Shown: positions 25,115 through 37,342 of the stretch, piece by piece
Layout: each line of letters opens with the position of its first letter
How positions within the stretch are numbered: the stretch's first letter is position 1
Position numbers and translations under genes: made by a program
Source of the DNA: Bigelowiella natans CCMP2755
Taxonomy: Eukaryota; Protista; Cercozoa
Length of the DNA: 37,358 nucleotides
Reading direction: 5' to 3'
Assembly: GCA_000320545.1 (NCBI GenBank)
Contig: ADNK01001046.1
Location: 1-37,358, forward strand
Notes under the pieces: model-generated
Told to the model about the DNA's origin: nothing
The model's input: the letters and a program-made list of their open reading frames with translations, nothing else
Database searches by the model: none

Positions 25115-26421
25115 AGAGAAAGAGAGAGAGAGAGAATACCACGTACTCAGATACCTGCGATGGGATTGATAACAGACACGACGCCATCCATGCCCACTGT
25201 CACAACCGACGAAGACTGCAAGTTGATGATAAGACAGGTAGAAATTCCAGAGAATGATCGGAATAAGGCAAACGAGGTGATCACGGGAACTATTTCAAGG
25301 GCAGCACAAGTGCGGACGGTTCGTATTTTGCTTCATAGTACCGTCCCCCCTTTCTCATGCACAATCCCTGTGACTGTGAGGGTGTGCAAGGAGGCAAAGC
25401 TTCTGAATGGGGTAAGGGCTTCGCTTGGACCCAGACGTATTATCTCGCCAACCGACCAACTAGGTAGGGGAGGGAAATAGGTGGCGGGCAGTAGTGGTTG
25501 TAGTCGCAGTAGTAGTAGTAGTGGTAGTAGTTGTTGTTGTTGTAGGTGTAGTAGCAGCAATGCTTCAGAAAACGTGCGTCATAATAGCGAAAGTCAGTAT
25601 GGATGGGCTGCCTTCAAAGAACTCATGTTTTCGAGGATATTCGACTTTTAAGAAAAAATGATGATTCGGAGCAAGCGACAGGAGTATGCTGCATTCGGAA
25701 GGGGTACTCATTTGAATGGTGTGGAGATAATGCGTTTATGATAATATCAACAGCCTACAGCCCACAGGCGTGCAGCAGAAGCATACGTTACCACCTGTTC
25801 ACTATTGCATCCTCCCCACCAGTGAAGAGGAACGTACCGCATTGACTGAAAGACATCTAAGAGACAGCAAACACTCAAAAAGCAGTGTGCTACCTTTCAT
25901 TCTTTTTAGTACCGCTGTCACAGCCTTATAGTGAGCTTCGAACGACCCCATCATCCACCCGGTTGTGAAGTCCCACAAGTACACTCGACCATTTCCGTCA
26001 GCGGCGGCCAGGTAGTTCCTGGCGCAGCAGCATGCATGAGAGTGTCGCTAGAAATACGATGAAAGAGAAAGTCTTGGAACCTCACTGTTGACGACGCCAT
26101 TGAGCGGAACGAATGCTTCATTGGCATCTAACCGCGGTTGTAAAAACAAAGATTCGTTTTGAAATTAAGTCCTTCAGATGGGAGAATGGGTTGGGCAGAT
26201 ATCACCCTCATTTTGACTTTCCCCGTCCTCCAGTTGACGATGGAGATGTCGTCCTTCTTCCCCGCCCTAACTTCGACGCACAGTACAACATGCGCCTGGT
26301 CAGCTGGGGCCATAAACTTCACGGATTCCTTTTCACAAGCTGTTCTGATGCGCTTGTGGGAGGAAATGTCGAAGAGGTCAACGCCAGAGGCTGTAGCCGC
26401 CAGGCAAGCCTGGGACTCCAT
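22688..26421 (-). CDS. WDR18: WD-repeat protein 18 / Ipi3 (Rix1 complex, ribosome biogenesis), multi-exon
   Basis: ATG 26421. Spliced NYLAAADGNGRVYLWDFTTGWMMGSFEAHYKAVTA-MSFSQCGTFLFTGGEDAIVNSW...HTLTVTG matches the WDR18/RID3 'HY.AVT...GGED' pattern. C-terminal coiled coil ELEKWRRAGKELYELV and basic tail RKRRKKK. Confidence 0.8.
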
Positions 26422-26818
26422 TGACCGAGACCGAGAGACGCAGGAGGATCCCAATACTGCGTCAACAAATTGACTATTATTTATGGATAAATCACCTACA
26501 TTTATGCTGCCAGCTGTTTGCTCCCAACATCCGCATTAGTTATGGAAACGCAGAATATTTTTAGCCTGTGACATCCACATGGGAACTGGGAAAGCCCAAA
26601 GTGGGACTGGGTGTCTGTGCCATGCGTCTGGTCAGAATCTCCATGGAAGTATTTCCACAATCTGTTTCTCTTCTCCCTCTAAATCCATTCTTTTTCGAGA
26701 GCGGCTGGTTGCAAGATTCTTCCAAATGATTTATATATTATAGGATATATTCGATATATATTACGGACCAAATTTGACAGATACTCTCTGTTGTCCATCG
26801 AGGCAGGCCCCGAGCGCC

Positions 26819-27706
26819 ATGCAGAAGCTCAAGGGTGCAGTCCTAGAGCCTCCAAAGCTGTACTTCGATCAAAAGACGGTTGTGTTCTTCGCCATGTCAT
26901 TCGAAAGTCATTGAATCTGATTGCCTCTTTCTGTGGGGGTGGGGGGCGGTGTTGCACATGATGCGAGCAGTGGATCCAGACGAAGCTCGGAAATAAGATC
27001 AGTAAGAATTTTTTGCTGTATGGTAGCAGTAAGATCCGCGTACTGGGAAAGGTAGCACCAAATTGATCCATATCTATTTTGATGGTGAAGGGGCCACGAG
27101 GGGAGGGGGGGGGGGGGTAGAGACCAAAAAGCCTGCTGTCTGAACACGAAGGGAGAAAACTACCCCGACACCAGAATCATTTAACTAGACAATCGTCGAA
27201 CCTGGGGTGATCATTCGAGGGGATCTGGCGACGGTAGATTTAGGTAATCGTCCTATACCTTCTTTCCTGTTTTCTTGTTTCTCGACTAATTAGTGCCAAA
27301 ACTATCCTTCTCCACGCAGGGAAAAACTGCATCATTTGCGAGAATTCCGTGATCCGTCCCCCTGACCAACGATTTCCGAAGAAGCTGGTCTTTATTCCTC
27401 TCAAAATTGGGGACCATTGTATTATCGAGAGGAATAGGTTAGGACTGCTGAAATCAGCTTTTTTGTTTTTGGTCTATATGGTGCGAGTACGGGAGTGGGG
27501 AGAGGGAGACGATGGATTAAAGAAAGGGATATATAAAGAGGTAGGGACGAGTTGCACATTGTAGTTCGGCCTTAATGTTTCCACTCCTAGATTCTGATGA
27601 AACAGGAATGAATTATGTTTTGTCGAGCCATATAAGCCATGATGTGATATTGGTGCCTGTGTTTTCCTTCTCAACGTCTTCCCTTTCTCTCTCCGGCCTT
27701 TCTCTC

Positions 27707-27758
<52 letters not shown>

Positions 27759-28303
27759 GTCTGTCTGTCTCTTCTCTCTGCTACAGCATTATCCAGGCAG
27801 CGAAGATCGAGGACTATGTTCAAATTGGGGAGAACTGCGTCATCGGGAAGCGCTGCATGATATCTAGCTGTGTGAAAATTCTAGATGACACGGTTGCTGC
27901 TTCGCTGCTTGAACTTCTTTGTCTGTGTGCTGTTCGCAACCTAACTGTGGGTTATTTTTGTGGATATTTGCAGGTTCTAGCTCCGAATACAGTATGCCCA
28001 CCCTTCACTGTATTCGGTGGATCTCCGGGTTGTAGCAATGTAGAAGTTTGTGAAACATATGTAGTTCTTGTAAAGCTTTCTGATAGCAGGGGAAAATATT
28101 TTTTCTCCGATTTTCCTGTCAATCCTATCCCATCATCTCCGAAGAGTAGAAATGAAGAGAAAATCTCTGTGTGTCGTGTTGCTATAGGCAAAGTGGTCGG
28201 TAGGCTTCCTCCCTCATTCCAGAAATTTTGCAAGGAGCAGACAACGACTTTCTATCGAAACTTCGTGGAAGGCAAAGCCAGCACATCATCAAGTGCCAAA
28301 TAA
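26819..28303 (+). CDS. DCTN5: Dynactin subunit 5 (p25), 7 exons
   Basis: Spliced WIQTKLGNKISKNFLLYGSSKIRVLGKTIVEPGVIIRGDLATVDLGKNCIICENSVIRPPDQRFPKKLVFIPLKIGDHCIIE...[51 protein letters not shown]. All six introns are GT-AG. Confidence 0.95.
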
Positions 28304-28363
28304 TCAGCAACCAGCCACATGCGTAATAAGAAGTATCCAGTAATATATGTATATAAATAAATG

Positions 28364-28394
<31 letters not shown>

Positions 28395-28443
28395 GCATAT
28401 TTATAGCTATATTCGAAATAAGTATTTGTACATATTATTATAT

Positions 28444-28479
<36 letters not shown>

Positions 28480-28509
28480 CGTAGCGTATTCAGTCATCAG
28501 TTCTCTTTT

Positions 28510-28960
28510 GCCATGCGTGTAACAATTCTCGAGCAAACATGATGAAACGTCGAATTACATCAAGCTAGAAGCGCGCAGCCGTGACAACTGCACTCTCGCA
28601 CACGTGTCACAGTTGTGCTTTTTTGTGTGCACGTGCAGACTCATTTGCATTTGCAGCGCACGTGCGCACTGGCGCACGACGAGATTTGCAACATAAGATT
28701 CTAGCATTGACAGGCCGCATGACGATCTAGCAACAACAAGATGTGCTAGCATGCTAGTGTGGCTGCGCATGCGCTAGCGCAGTGGTGCGATGCGAAGCAT
28801 GGCGAACGAGCTAGCTACGCATTGTGCAGTGCTAGAGTGGCCACACGCATCATGCATGTGTGCACAAAACACGTCGTGTCGTCCATGAACGTGCTAGCTA
28901 GCTAGCTAGCTCATGCTCGAACAATGCGCCAACAACTCGAACAGCCTGCATGCTGCAGCA
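28510..28960. other. CATG/TGCA/CTAG-rich island 5 (between convergent DCTN5 and hypothetical ORF 3' ends)
   Basis: e.g. 'gtgctagcatgctagtgtggctgcgcatgcgctagcgc', 'gctagctagctagctagc'. Boundaries approximate. Confidence 0.7.
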
Positions 28961-29475
28961 ACAATCATCATTTTTCCTGCAGCACAATGTTCTCGATCAT
29001 CTGTCACACAGTTGTGTGAGTGCACGTTTGCGAGGGGAGCAGTGTTTTCGGACCTTGAGACCGCAAGCTCCTGCAAGAAGCGGGCTAGCGGGGGCTGGAG
29101 TTGGAGGGAGCATTGTGGGGAAATTCCATGCACTCTGGCAGATGCATCCGATGTCGTCCGGGGCGTGTCTAGACTAGTGGACGATTGTTGTCTCTGCACG
29201 CCCGTTCGTCTGAGCACTCGGAACGTTGGGCAGAAGTGTGCGATCTCTGGGCAGACGCTTGGCGAAGAAGCAACCACTTCATTAGCGGGGAATGACGGAT
29301 CATCAGATTTTTCCGAAAGTGTCTGACTACTTGTTGGTTCGCCGGAGGGTTGCTGACACATTTCCACTTTTTTCTCATGCGGGTTGGATGTGGGTTGTCC
29401 GGACATGGGCGACGAGAGTTTACCGTCCAGGTTGTCGGGACAAGGGGATGCAGAGGAGGTCTCGTCAGGGGACAT
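28906..29475 (-). CDS. Hypothetical S/P-rich protein (189 aa), intronless
   Basis: ATG-initiated ORF with low-complexity, probably disordered composition. Fits the head-to-head spacing (444 bp to ATG 29919). No recognisable motif. Confidence 0.4.
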   Translation of the reverse strand: MSPDETSSASPCPDNLDGKLSSPMSGQPTSNPHEKKVEMCQQPSGEPTSSQTLSEKSDDPSFPANEVVASSPSVCPEIAHFCPTFRVLRRTGVQRQQSSTSLDTPRTTSDASARVHGISPQCSLQLQPPLARFLQELAVSRSENTAPLANVHSHNCVTDDREHCAAGKMMIVAAACRLFELLAHCSSMS

Positions 29476-29918
29476 GTTAGCATGGGTCCCTTTGATCGAG
29501 TACGGGCAGGCATCCGGATTAGATTCGGGGGGGAGGGGGGGAGGTAACCAGCGGGTTTGGCGGCAAGACCAACAGGGTGCAACTCGAGCGGTTCACTCGA
29601 GAAAGAAAACGACCATTGGACATGTCTGACGTCAATTTTCGCAATGGAGAACGGTGGTTACTACCGTTTTTTTTTCACTCATTTTTTTCCCAGTCGGCCC
29701 CGACTACTCGTACCGTTCGTCCCGGTGGATGGATGATGACTTCCACTCAGAAAGATGTGCAATGTTGGTTACACAGACGCAACATGACTGCAAGATGCGA
29801 TGTGATGCGATGATGGATGAGAGGAGAGCAACGAAACGGGCTATCCTTCTTCCCGGCCACCTCATTCTAATCCGTGGAAAGGATGCCCGGGCCGATTGGA
29901 TTGTTAAGGGCTCCCCGT

Positions 29919-31136
29919 ATGAGGAGTGACTTTAAATGGGACACCTTGGCAGCTGATGTAGTCTTGGCAGTCACATGCGTCATAGTGCTCACCCTGTCAC
30001 TGCTCTATTATCACTACACCCCGGTGTGCATCACTGTAAGATCAGACGAGCCAAATGAATCCTGTGAAGTGAAGAACTTTGAAGATACTCTGGTACTTTT
30101 AGACCCTTACACGGGATAATTTATGAAAGTGAGGATCGCTGGCAGCACAGAAATCCTAAACAAACACGGTTATAATGGTGTATGCAAGAAATTTATGTCA
30201 AGTGTTACTGAGATGCACGGAAGCGTAGGCGTAATTGCTGAGTGTAGATATCGTTCATACTACGGTTTGCGCGGTCCTAACACTTGCGAGATGGTGGGAC
30301 ATCGACTGATCGCTACAGCATGGATATCGATGCATTTTAAAGGAGATAAGTTCAATATGCAAGTAACGAGCGGATCGGAATTGACTTCAATGGCATCACA
30401 ACACTTGCTCTATCCTTTACTGGCCAATTCATCATCACCATGCAGAATTGTACGTGTAAATAGTTTTGGAGATGCGTCGATTCGGTCATGGTGTCCAAAT
30501 ATTCGTGGTGACATATCAGCAGCATCCAATTTCAGTGAAACTTGCAACGGATATACACTTTGCAAGGTTGAGCATCGTAACGATGAGTCTAAAACTGTTT
30601 CAAATGGTACTTTCGGTGCAACTCCCGTTGGCACCCATGGGAGTCCCATTCCTGAAGAATACGTAAAGAGGTGGATGCTAGCATCAGTATGTGGCTCTTT
30701 TGATTCAACCAGTATTGAGTCTCATAGGTTCTCTGCCATTGACAACCTGGCCTCTTCTCGCATTGGATCGCCATTTACTTGCAAACTTTGTGCCAATCGG
30801 AGCATAATTGAGCTTTTGAGCCTGGCTCTACCAGTGACGAGTTTGACATTTTTAATCCTAAGGTTCTTGCTGTTCAGGCTACACGATTGGCGGTACGGTA
30901 ATAGTGATTTAACCAAGTCCAGGCGCAAAATCCAACAAATGATGTTGTCAAAGGCTGTCATTAAAACAGATGACACCAAATTTGTTCACTCATCATCAAC
31001 TCGATCCCAATTACATAATAAGCTCAAAATAAATTCTCGTGCTAGTTCAGCATCGCCAATAAGTCTTGCGAATGCTTCTCGGCAAACTTCGTCTGCCGGC
31101 CACATTTACAAGGCCGAGCCGAGCATTCAAATTTGA
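29919..31136 (+). CDS. Hypothetical Cys-rich two-TM membrane protein interrupted by one in-frame TAA (30117-30119); intron, pseudogene or error unresolved
   Basis: ORFs 29874-30119 and 30123-31136 are in the same frame. N-terminal TM VVLAVTCVIVLTLSLLYY and C-terminal TM IIELLSLALPVTSLTFLILRFLLF flank a Cys-rich loop. Confidence 0.5.
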
Positions 31137-31339
31137 AATGAGAGACTAGAGAGATCATATCGTAGATTCGAACGAGCAAGCTCTGAATGAGGCGCGGCAG
31201 GGATCTATCGAGCTGGAAGAGGAATAATAACTAGAGTAGTAGGTACGTTCTCCGATGCTAGGATGCGCGAGGAAAATCACATCTAAACGTAGATGTTAAA
31301 ACCAATTTTATGATTCGATTAATAAATTCGATATATCGA

Positions 31340-31660
31340 ATGCACATTACTAGTGATAATGAGCAGCTATTGCGCATGTCCTGAGCTCAGCCACATGCGA
31401 CTTATGTGATGCACGCATCGCATCGTTGTGTTATCATCGATGTACGATGATGTGAATCGTTACGAATCACTACACATCACTAACACATCTAGACATGCAT
31501 GGCTTGATCGAAGCATGTCACATCGCATACTAGCAACACAATGTTCATCTCACGGCATGAACACATTGCCAATAACATACAAGCACATTACGTACACAAC
31601 AATGACGCGGTGCAGCAGTCGTGTTGTAACATGCGGACACATATATATTAAAAGTTCGAC
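31340..31660. other. CATG/TGCA-rich island 6 (between convergent hypothetical and CCDC25 3' ends)
   Basis: e.g. 'gtgatgcacgcatcgcatcg', 'acacatctagacatgcatggc', 'agcatgtcacatcgcatactagc'. Boundaries approximate. Confidence 0.68.
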
Positions 31661-31769
31661 ACATCGCTTCATTATAGATTCTGGTATGGCAGGTTTATCT
31701 AATAACCAGCAAATACCCACCATATAACTTGACCTTTAACATTCTATGTCAATTATCGAACTCAAATGC

Positions 31770-31905
31770 TCACATGAAATCATCCTCAAATTCTTCTGCT
31801 GTCATGTTCATTTCGGTGTTCAATTTTCCATCGGTCTCTACATCGAAGCTCTTATACTCACGTAGCTCTGCCTGATGATATATATGAGGTGTTTAAAGTC
31901 CTATC

Positions 31906-31939
<34 letters not shown>

Positions 31940-32817
31940 GATTTACCTCTGCTTTGGCTTTTTCTATTTCCTTTCTCCGCTCCGCCGCCTCCTTTTTCTT
32001 TCTAAGCTTTTCTTTACGCCTCTGCCGGGAAAAGTTAATTTGTTTGAAAATTTTCTCATTTCTATATATGTCGAATCTAATTCAATCAAATAGATATAAG
32101 CTTACCAATTTGGCCTGGTACTCATCCCACATTTGTTTGATAACCTCCGATTCCTTTTCTTCTTTGGTGCGATTCAGATCATTAATGATGGCGTTCTTAC
32201 GATCTTCGACACGAGTATATCTGTGCGGAAAGAGCATTTGCAGATAATTTTAGGCGCTGGCATTCAATACAGCATCAACATATTTTGGACTACCTTAGAT
32301 CCTTCTTATCATGGAAGCCAATTTGTCCAACCTCCATCGACTTCTTTTTCTTCAAATTTGCCCATTTAGTGTAGACTATCCTTACATTCTTTTGCTTATT
32401 TCCTTTGATCGAATTAGCCTTTACCAATTGCGCACATTCTTCGAGGATAGCCTCCGGTATGGTGTCAAGTTTTACCCCTTTTGGCAAACGCAAGTATACC
32501 TACTCGGAAGGCTGTACTCAACTACGAATTTCACTTCTTCACAGTCACTCTGTCTTACATGGGCTGAGGAAAGGTCATCGACGTGGAACCATACATCCTT
32601 TTTCCAGCCATATTTAATCAAGAGCTCGTTCTCGAACTTGTCCCGCCCCATGTAAATTAGATACCTATCAAGAATGATTTTGAGAGGGTTTGCAAATTAT
32701 TTCGTTGGGTAGAGGGCATCCACATTCCGTTCGAAGCTAATTTCCGGCAACACATTTACTCGAACTTCTACATTCTATTTACTACTTTGGATCGGAGGCT
32801 GTAAAGAAAAAGACCAT
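31770..32817 (-). CDS. CCDC25: Coiled-coil domain-containing protein 25 (NFACT-R family), 6 exons
   Basis: Spliced [52 protein letters not shown]...[15 protein letters not shown]...[23 protein letters not shown]...EEFEDDFM*. Confidence 0.96.
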
Positions 32818-33349
32818 CTTGCTCGGTTTTCAGAACGCCCTGCCGGACCCTCCTTGAGTTCCTCTGAAGAGATGAAAAGAGGATGCACTTTCATACTCAA
32901 TATCATATCAGAGGATGGTAAGAAAACTTCTCCCGAAATGAGAGATCAAAAGGAAAGATCATCACAGGCAGATAAACCGGAACGCCCCCCCCTGCCCTCA
33001 AACCTCCAAACCCTTCCAAATATGTAAGAGCTTGACTAACACAAATGCCGCAGGAATATGTGTGAAATATAGGTCGATTTAGAATGTCGACATCGGATCT
33101 AACTTGTCGGATACTCTCTAAAACACAAATTTAACAAATGAGAGGAAGGCTCCCGGAATTCGCGCTGGAAGTGACGGAGCAATTGATAAGAAGACATTTA
33201 AAAAAAGTTGTCTCTCCTGTAAATATCCTCAGATTCGTAAATCTCCACGAAATCTCCTAATATCTCAGGGTCTCTGAATGGAGCTCGGCCGATCTTAGAC
33301 CTTGGTCAAACCGAGCCACAAGCAGCCCAGAGGGAAGAGGAGCCGAATC

Positions 33350-35227
33350 ATGCCGACGGTAAACCCCACGATCCAACCGCATCCAAATTATCTGAGGCGA
33401 GGGAAAGGGAATGGATTCCAGGCTGGAGAATATGATTCAATACTGATGCGTACTATGTCTTCCTTTGGTGGATTTAAGTTGACAGTTTGATGTAAATTAG
33501 AGCATCGAGAAGCTCTTCGTCGTCGATGCCGCAGGGGGCGACGGTCTCCTTTCGCAGAATGTTCCAGAGCTCATGCAGTGCTTTCGAAGATTGCGCCTCA
33601 AGTTCGAGACCGTGGCGAAGGCGGTGAGTTCCCTTCTTCGTACGATAGCTTTGTCAGCTACGTAAGTATGTAAACAGATTGGTTCGGATCTAACGCAAAT
33701 CTCCTCCAATTTTAGGACCAAAAAGAGACGATGAAACTCGTTAAATTTATGACGACGAAAGTCCTGGACTCTAAGATACAGAGGTGCATTTGATTATCTT
33801 TTTTCTAACATAAGTAGACAAAGTTGGGAGCATAGAGCATCTTGCTCCTAGTTGTGGTTTTAATTTGCGAACGTCATATGCTTGTGTCTTTTGCTGTTTG
33901 GTAGCTTGGCTCTCCGAAGAGAAGTGGGGCTGTTCCTTGCAGCAATCCTCTCAGACGGCCAAATGTCCCTCATGAAGACCGTGTTTGAAAAAATAAAATC
34001 TATCCTTTCAGGAACCAAAAGGTATCATAGAGCAAGGGGAAAGGTGGGGGGGGGTGAACAGCGCACGCCATACAAAACCTTCGCTGGAGGAACACTGAAA
34101 TAAAACTCTTTATTTTCTGTACCTGCGGTTCTTCGTTTATGCAATTGTATCAACATTCTTTCTTCATTATTTTCCTCAGGGATATCGACAACCGGCTCTG
34201 CAGCCTGGAGTGCATCCTACGCTTGATCCGCAAACTCAAACGCCAATTCGCGGCTCTCTTCTTCCCCCAGATCATCACGGTAATTAACTTATTAGCGTTT
34301 GCGCCGGGATGGAATTAGATATCCTTCCATCCTCACCTGATATAAACCGGTTCCCGCGAGGCACTCGCATTTGTGAACGGCGGTCTCATGATGAGGGTTT
34401 CATAATCGCTGTCCAGATCGTGACCAAGCAAATTCGCGATTCCAACGACGAGATTCGAGAGCTCAGTTTGGAGGTATTAGAGCTTACTCACTGGATAAAG
34501 ATCTACGTGTTACCATCATTATCCATCATAATATACACTTCTCGAACGCCCTCGCGCCGGTCCCACCCTCCAGGTTCTCATGCATCTAGTCAATGTCAGC
34601 GGCACACAGGGGCAAACTTCGGATATTTCCCGGATAATTTCTCGGTGCTGTAACAACATTTTCTTCATCGCCTCGGCCTCCCCCCCCCCCCCTCCCCCTC
34701 CCCCTCTTGTTGTTAAATTTCAATCGTTGGCTCGTTCTCAGCATTTGCATATGCAATCATCTCAGGGCGGCTGCCGATCGTAACTCTGCTCGTGTTCGTT
34801 ATTGCGCTGGGAGGGCCGTAGCTATCATCGTGGCACAGCTGCAAGATATCAAGGAGCTTAACCTCTTCACACTGGTAATGGTTGGGAGGGGGGGGGGGGG
34901 AGGGGGAAAGGATAGGTAGTAGTCGTTGTAATTATAAAAAGCGGATGGTAGCACGGTATCACATCATCATCTAGTCTTCGTAACACTGCGTGTGTGAGCA
35001 CCATGGCCAGCATTATCATTGTGTTTATAATAAATGGGGTGGAGGAGGGGGAGGAGAGGGAAGGAAAGTTAGTCTTTAACGCCTAATTGTTCGTTTTAGC
35101 CGTGCCAGAAAGCCCTCAACGACCCAAACAGTGAAGTCCGGGTTAGGAACTAGACACGATTTATCGATTATTTACCACAATTTCATATGTAAAGATGTAT
35201 ATATGAAGCATCAATAAATAATATATA

Positions 35228-35263
<36 letters not shown>

Positions 35264-35480
35264 CATATAATGTTTGTGTATATTCGCGAAATTAACTCCA
35301 CCACTCATGATTATTCATTGCGTGCCCTCCTCCTCCCGTCTCTTTCCCTACCCTCAGATTTGCTTTGCCGCGGCGCTTGGATGCGTTTTCGCCGTCGCTG
35401 CGATGACTCACCAGCAGCAGAAGGTGGTGCAGTTGCGGTAGCAGTTGTAGTAGTAGTAGCTGCTGCTGTTGTTGTTGTTC

Positions 35481-35517
<37 letters not shown>

Positions 35518-35616
35518 AGCAACGCGAATGTGTCATATTTCCTCGTGTCGAGCGCCTCTGCTAACCCAATTCGCGTGTCGGAAAGAAATTAATGTGTTTA
35601 CATGCGACATGTGCAA

Positions 35617-35656
<40 letters not shown>

Positions 35657-36398
35657 CGTGTGTGTGTGTGTGTGTGTTATTTTGTGATGCGATGCTGTTG
35701 CACTGTCTTCTCCTTGTTGACCGTGAGAATGAATCAATCAATCAATCAACCAGGGCGGAGAAGCTCTTTCGAGCTTAGACCGTGGTTTATCTTGCCTCCA
35801 GGTAGATGATCGTTCCAACGATTCGCACACACACACACACACGCGCGCGCGCACACACACAAGTTAAGAGTTAGGAAAAATGATCGGGCAAAGTATGATG
35901 GTGTGGGCAAGATATGACCTCTTCTCCTCCTTCTTCTCCTTCGTCTTCATCATCTTCTTAGACCTTCTTCACGAAAGAGCAGGCTGCTCAGTCACGCGCC
36001 ATGTTCGCACATTCCCTCGCCGTCCTCTTGAAGAAAACCCCAAAGTATTATTTGTTTCTGTCGCAGTAGCATTTGTTGCTGTCTGTGGGAGCGCAGGAAG
36101 AGCGATGTTATTTCTATATGAAGCACGTCGTAGCTCCCATCGATGCTTACTTTCACCTTTTCCACTCTGTTATTCGATATACTATTGTTCTTCATGCTCC
36201 CGCCGTTTCTCTCATCGCTACCCCCCTCCCCCCCCCCATCCCCTTCTCTCTTTCAGGCTGGTAAGGAAGTCGAGCACGCAAGAGATCACAAAGAAGCTGT
36301 TGGGCTTCCTCCGCTACAGCGCAAAGGTAGCGTTAGACGTGCCATCATCGCCGTGTATGATAGGAGGAATCGTGGGAATGCTAATGATGCAGCAGCAG

Positions 36399-36429
<31 letters not shown>

Positions 36430-36927
36430 AGATGATGATGATGATGATGGCGACTGGATGCGCTGCCATTGTGATTTCGCGTGGGGACTGGCTTGTTTCT
36501 AATCACTTCGGAACACCAAAAATAAGGGGACGTTCGCGGCTATTCGCACTGAGGCTGACGCCAGGCAGAGCGCAGAGGTGCGGGGCAGTAATATTAGGCA
36601 CACACTCAACAAGAAGAACAAAAAGAAGATGAAGAAGAAGAAGAAGAAGAACGAGATCTCCCCACGCCCCAACATGCTTTGTCGATATTCACCGCGTCAT
36701 TTTTCCGTCGTTAGTGCATGGTCTACGTGCTCTGGAACGGCCTCTTCCCCATATGTGACGATCGCGCTCTCGAGGCAGTAGGTAGGTGTGCAGGGGTCCC
36801 TGCAATGCTTGACTTCACAAGGGGGGGGGGGGGAGGCTGGACATAGTATAATTGTCCAAGAGACGAAGCCATTGACTTGAAATCATACAGGAGCAAAATG
36901 GCCTTGTTCTGGCAGCACACGCAATCA

Positions 36928-36958
<31 letters not shown>

Positions 36959-37305
36959 GCGCACACACACACATATTTAATGTGAATAATGTACATATTT
37001 ATACGCATCAATGAGTGTATATCGATCTCTCCTTTTCTCCTTCCCCCCCCTTCCCAAGGCGAGACCCTCCTCGCTGAGATCAAGCATCAGGTATGCAGTT
37101 CGCATGACGATGATGGGAGCGGCGGTGGGACGGTGATGGCAGCAATGGTGTTGATGATGATGTTGGTGGTGGTGGTGGTGGTGATGATGATATCGGTGAG
37201 ACTTCATGTGGGAGCATTCAATGCACAGGTGGAGATATTGGAGGCTGCTACTTTGAACAAATCCAAGGGCAAGAGCGAAATGTATTCAATACATCTAAAA
37301 GACGC

Positions 37306-37342
<37 letters not shown>

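Noticed and set aside
13363-30119. Possible TAA reassignment (two TAA codons followed by plausible coding sequence)
   Set aside because: TAA is the genuine stop of DCTN5 and HSP20, and no in-frame TAA occurs in the conserved exons.
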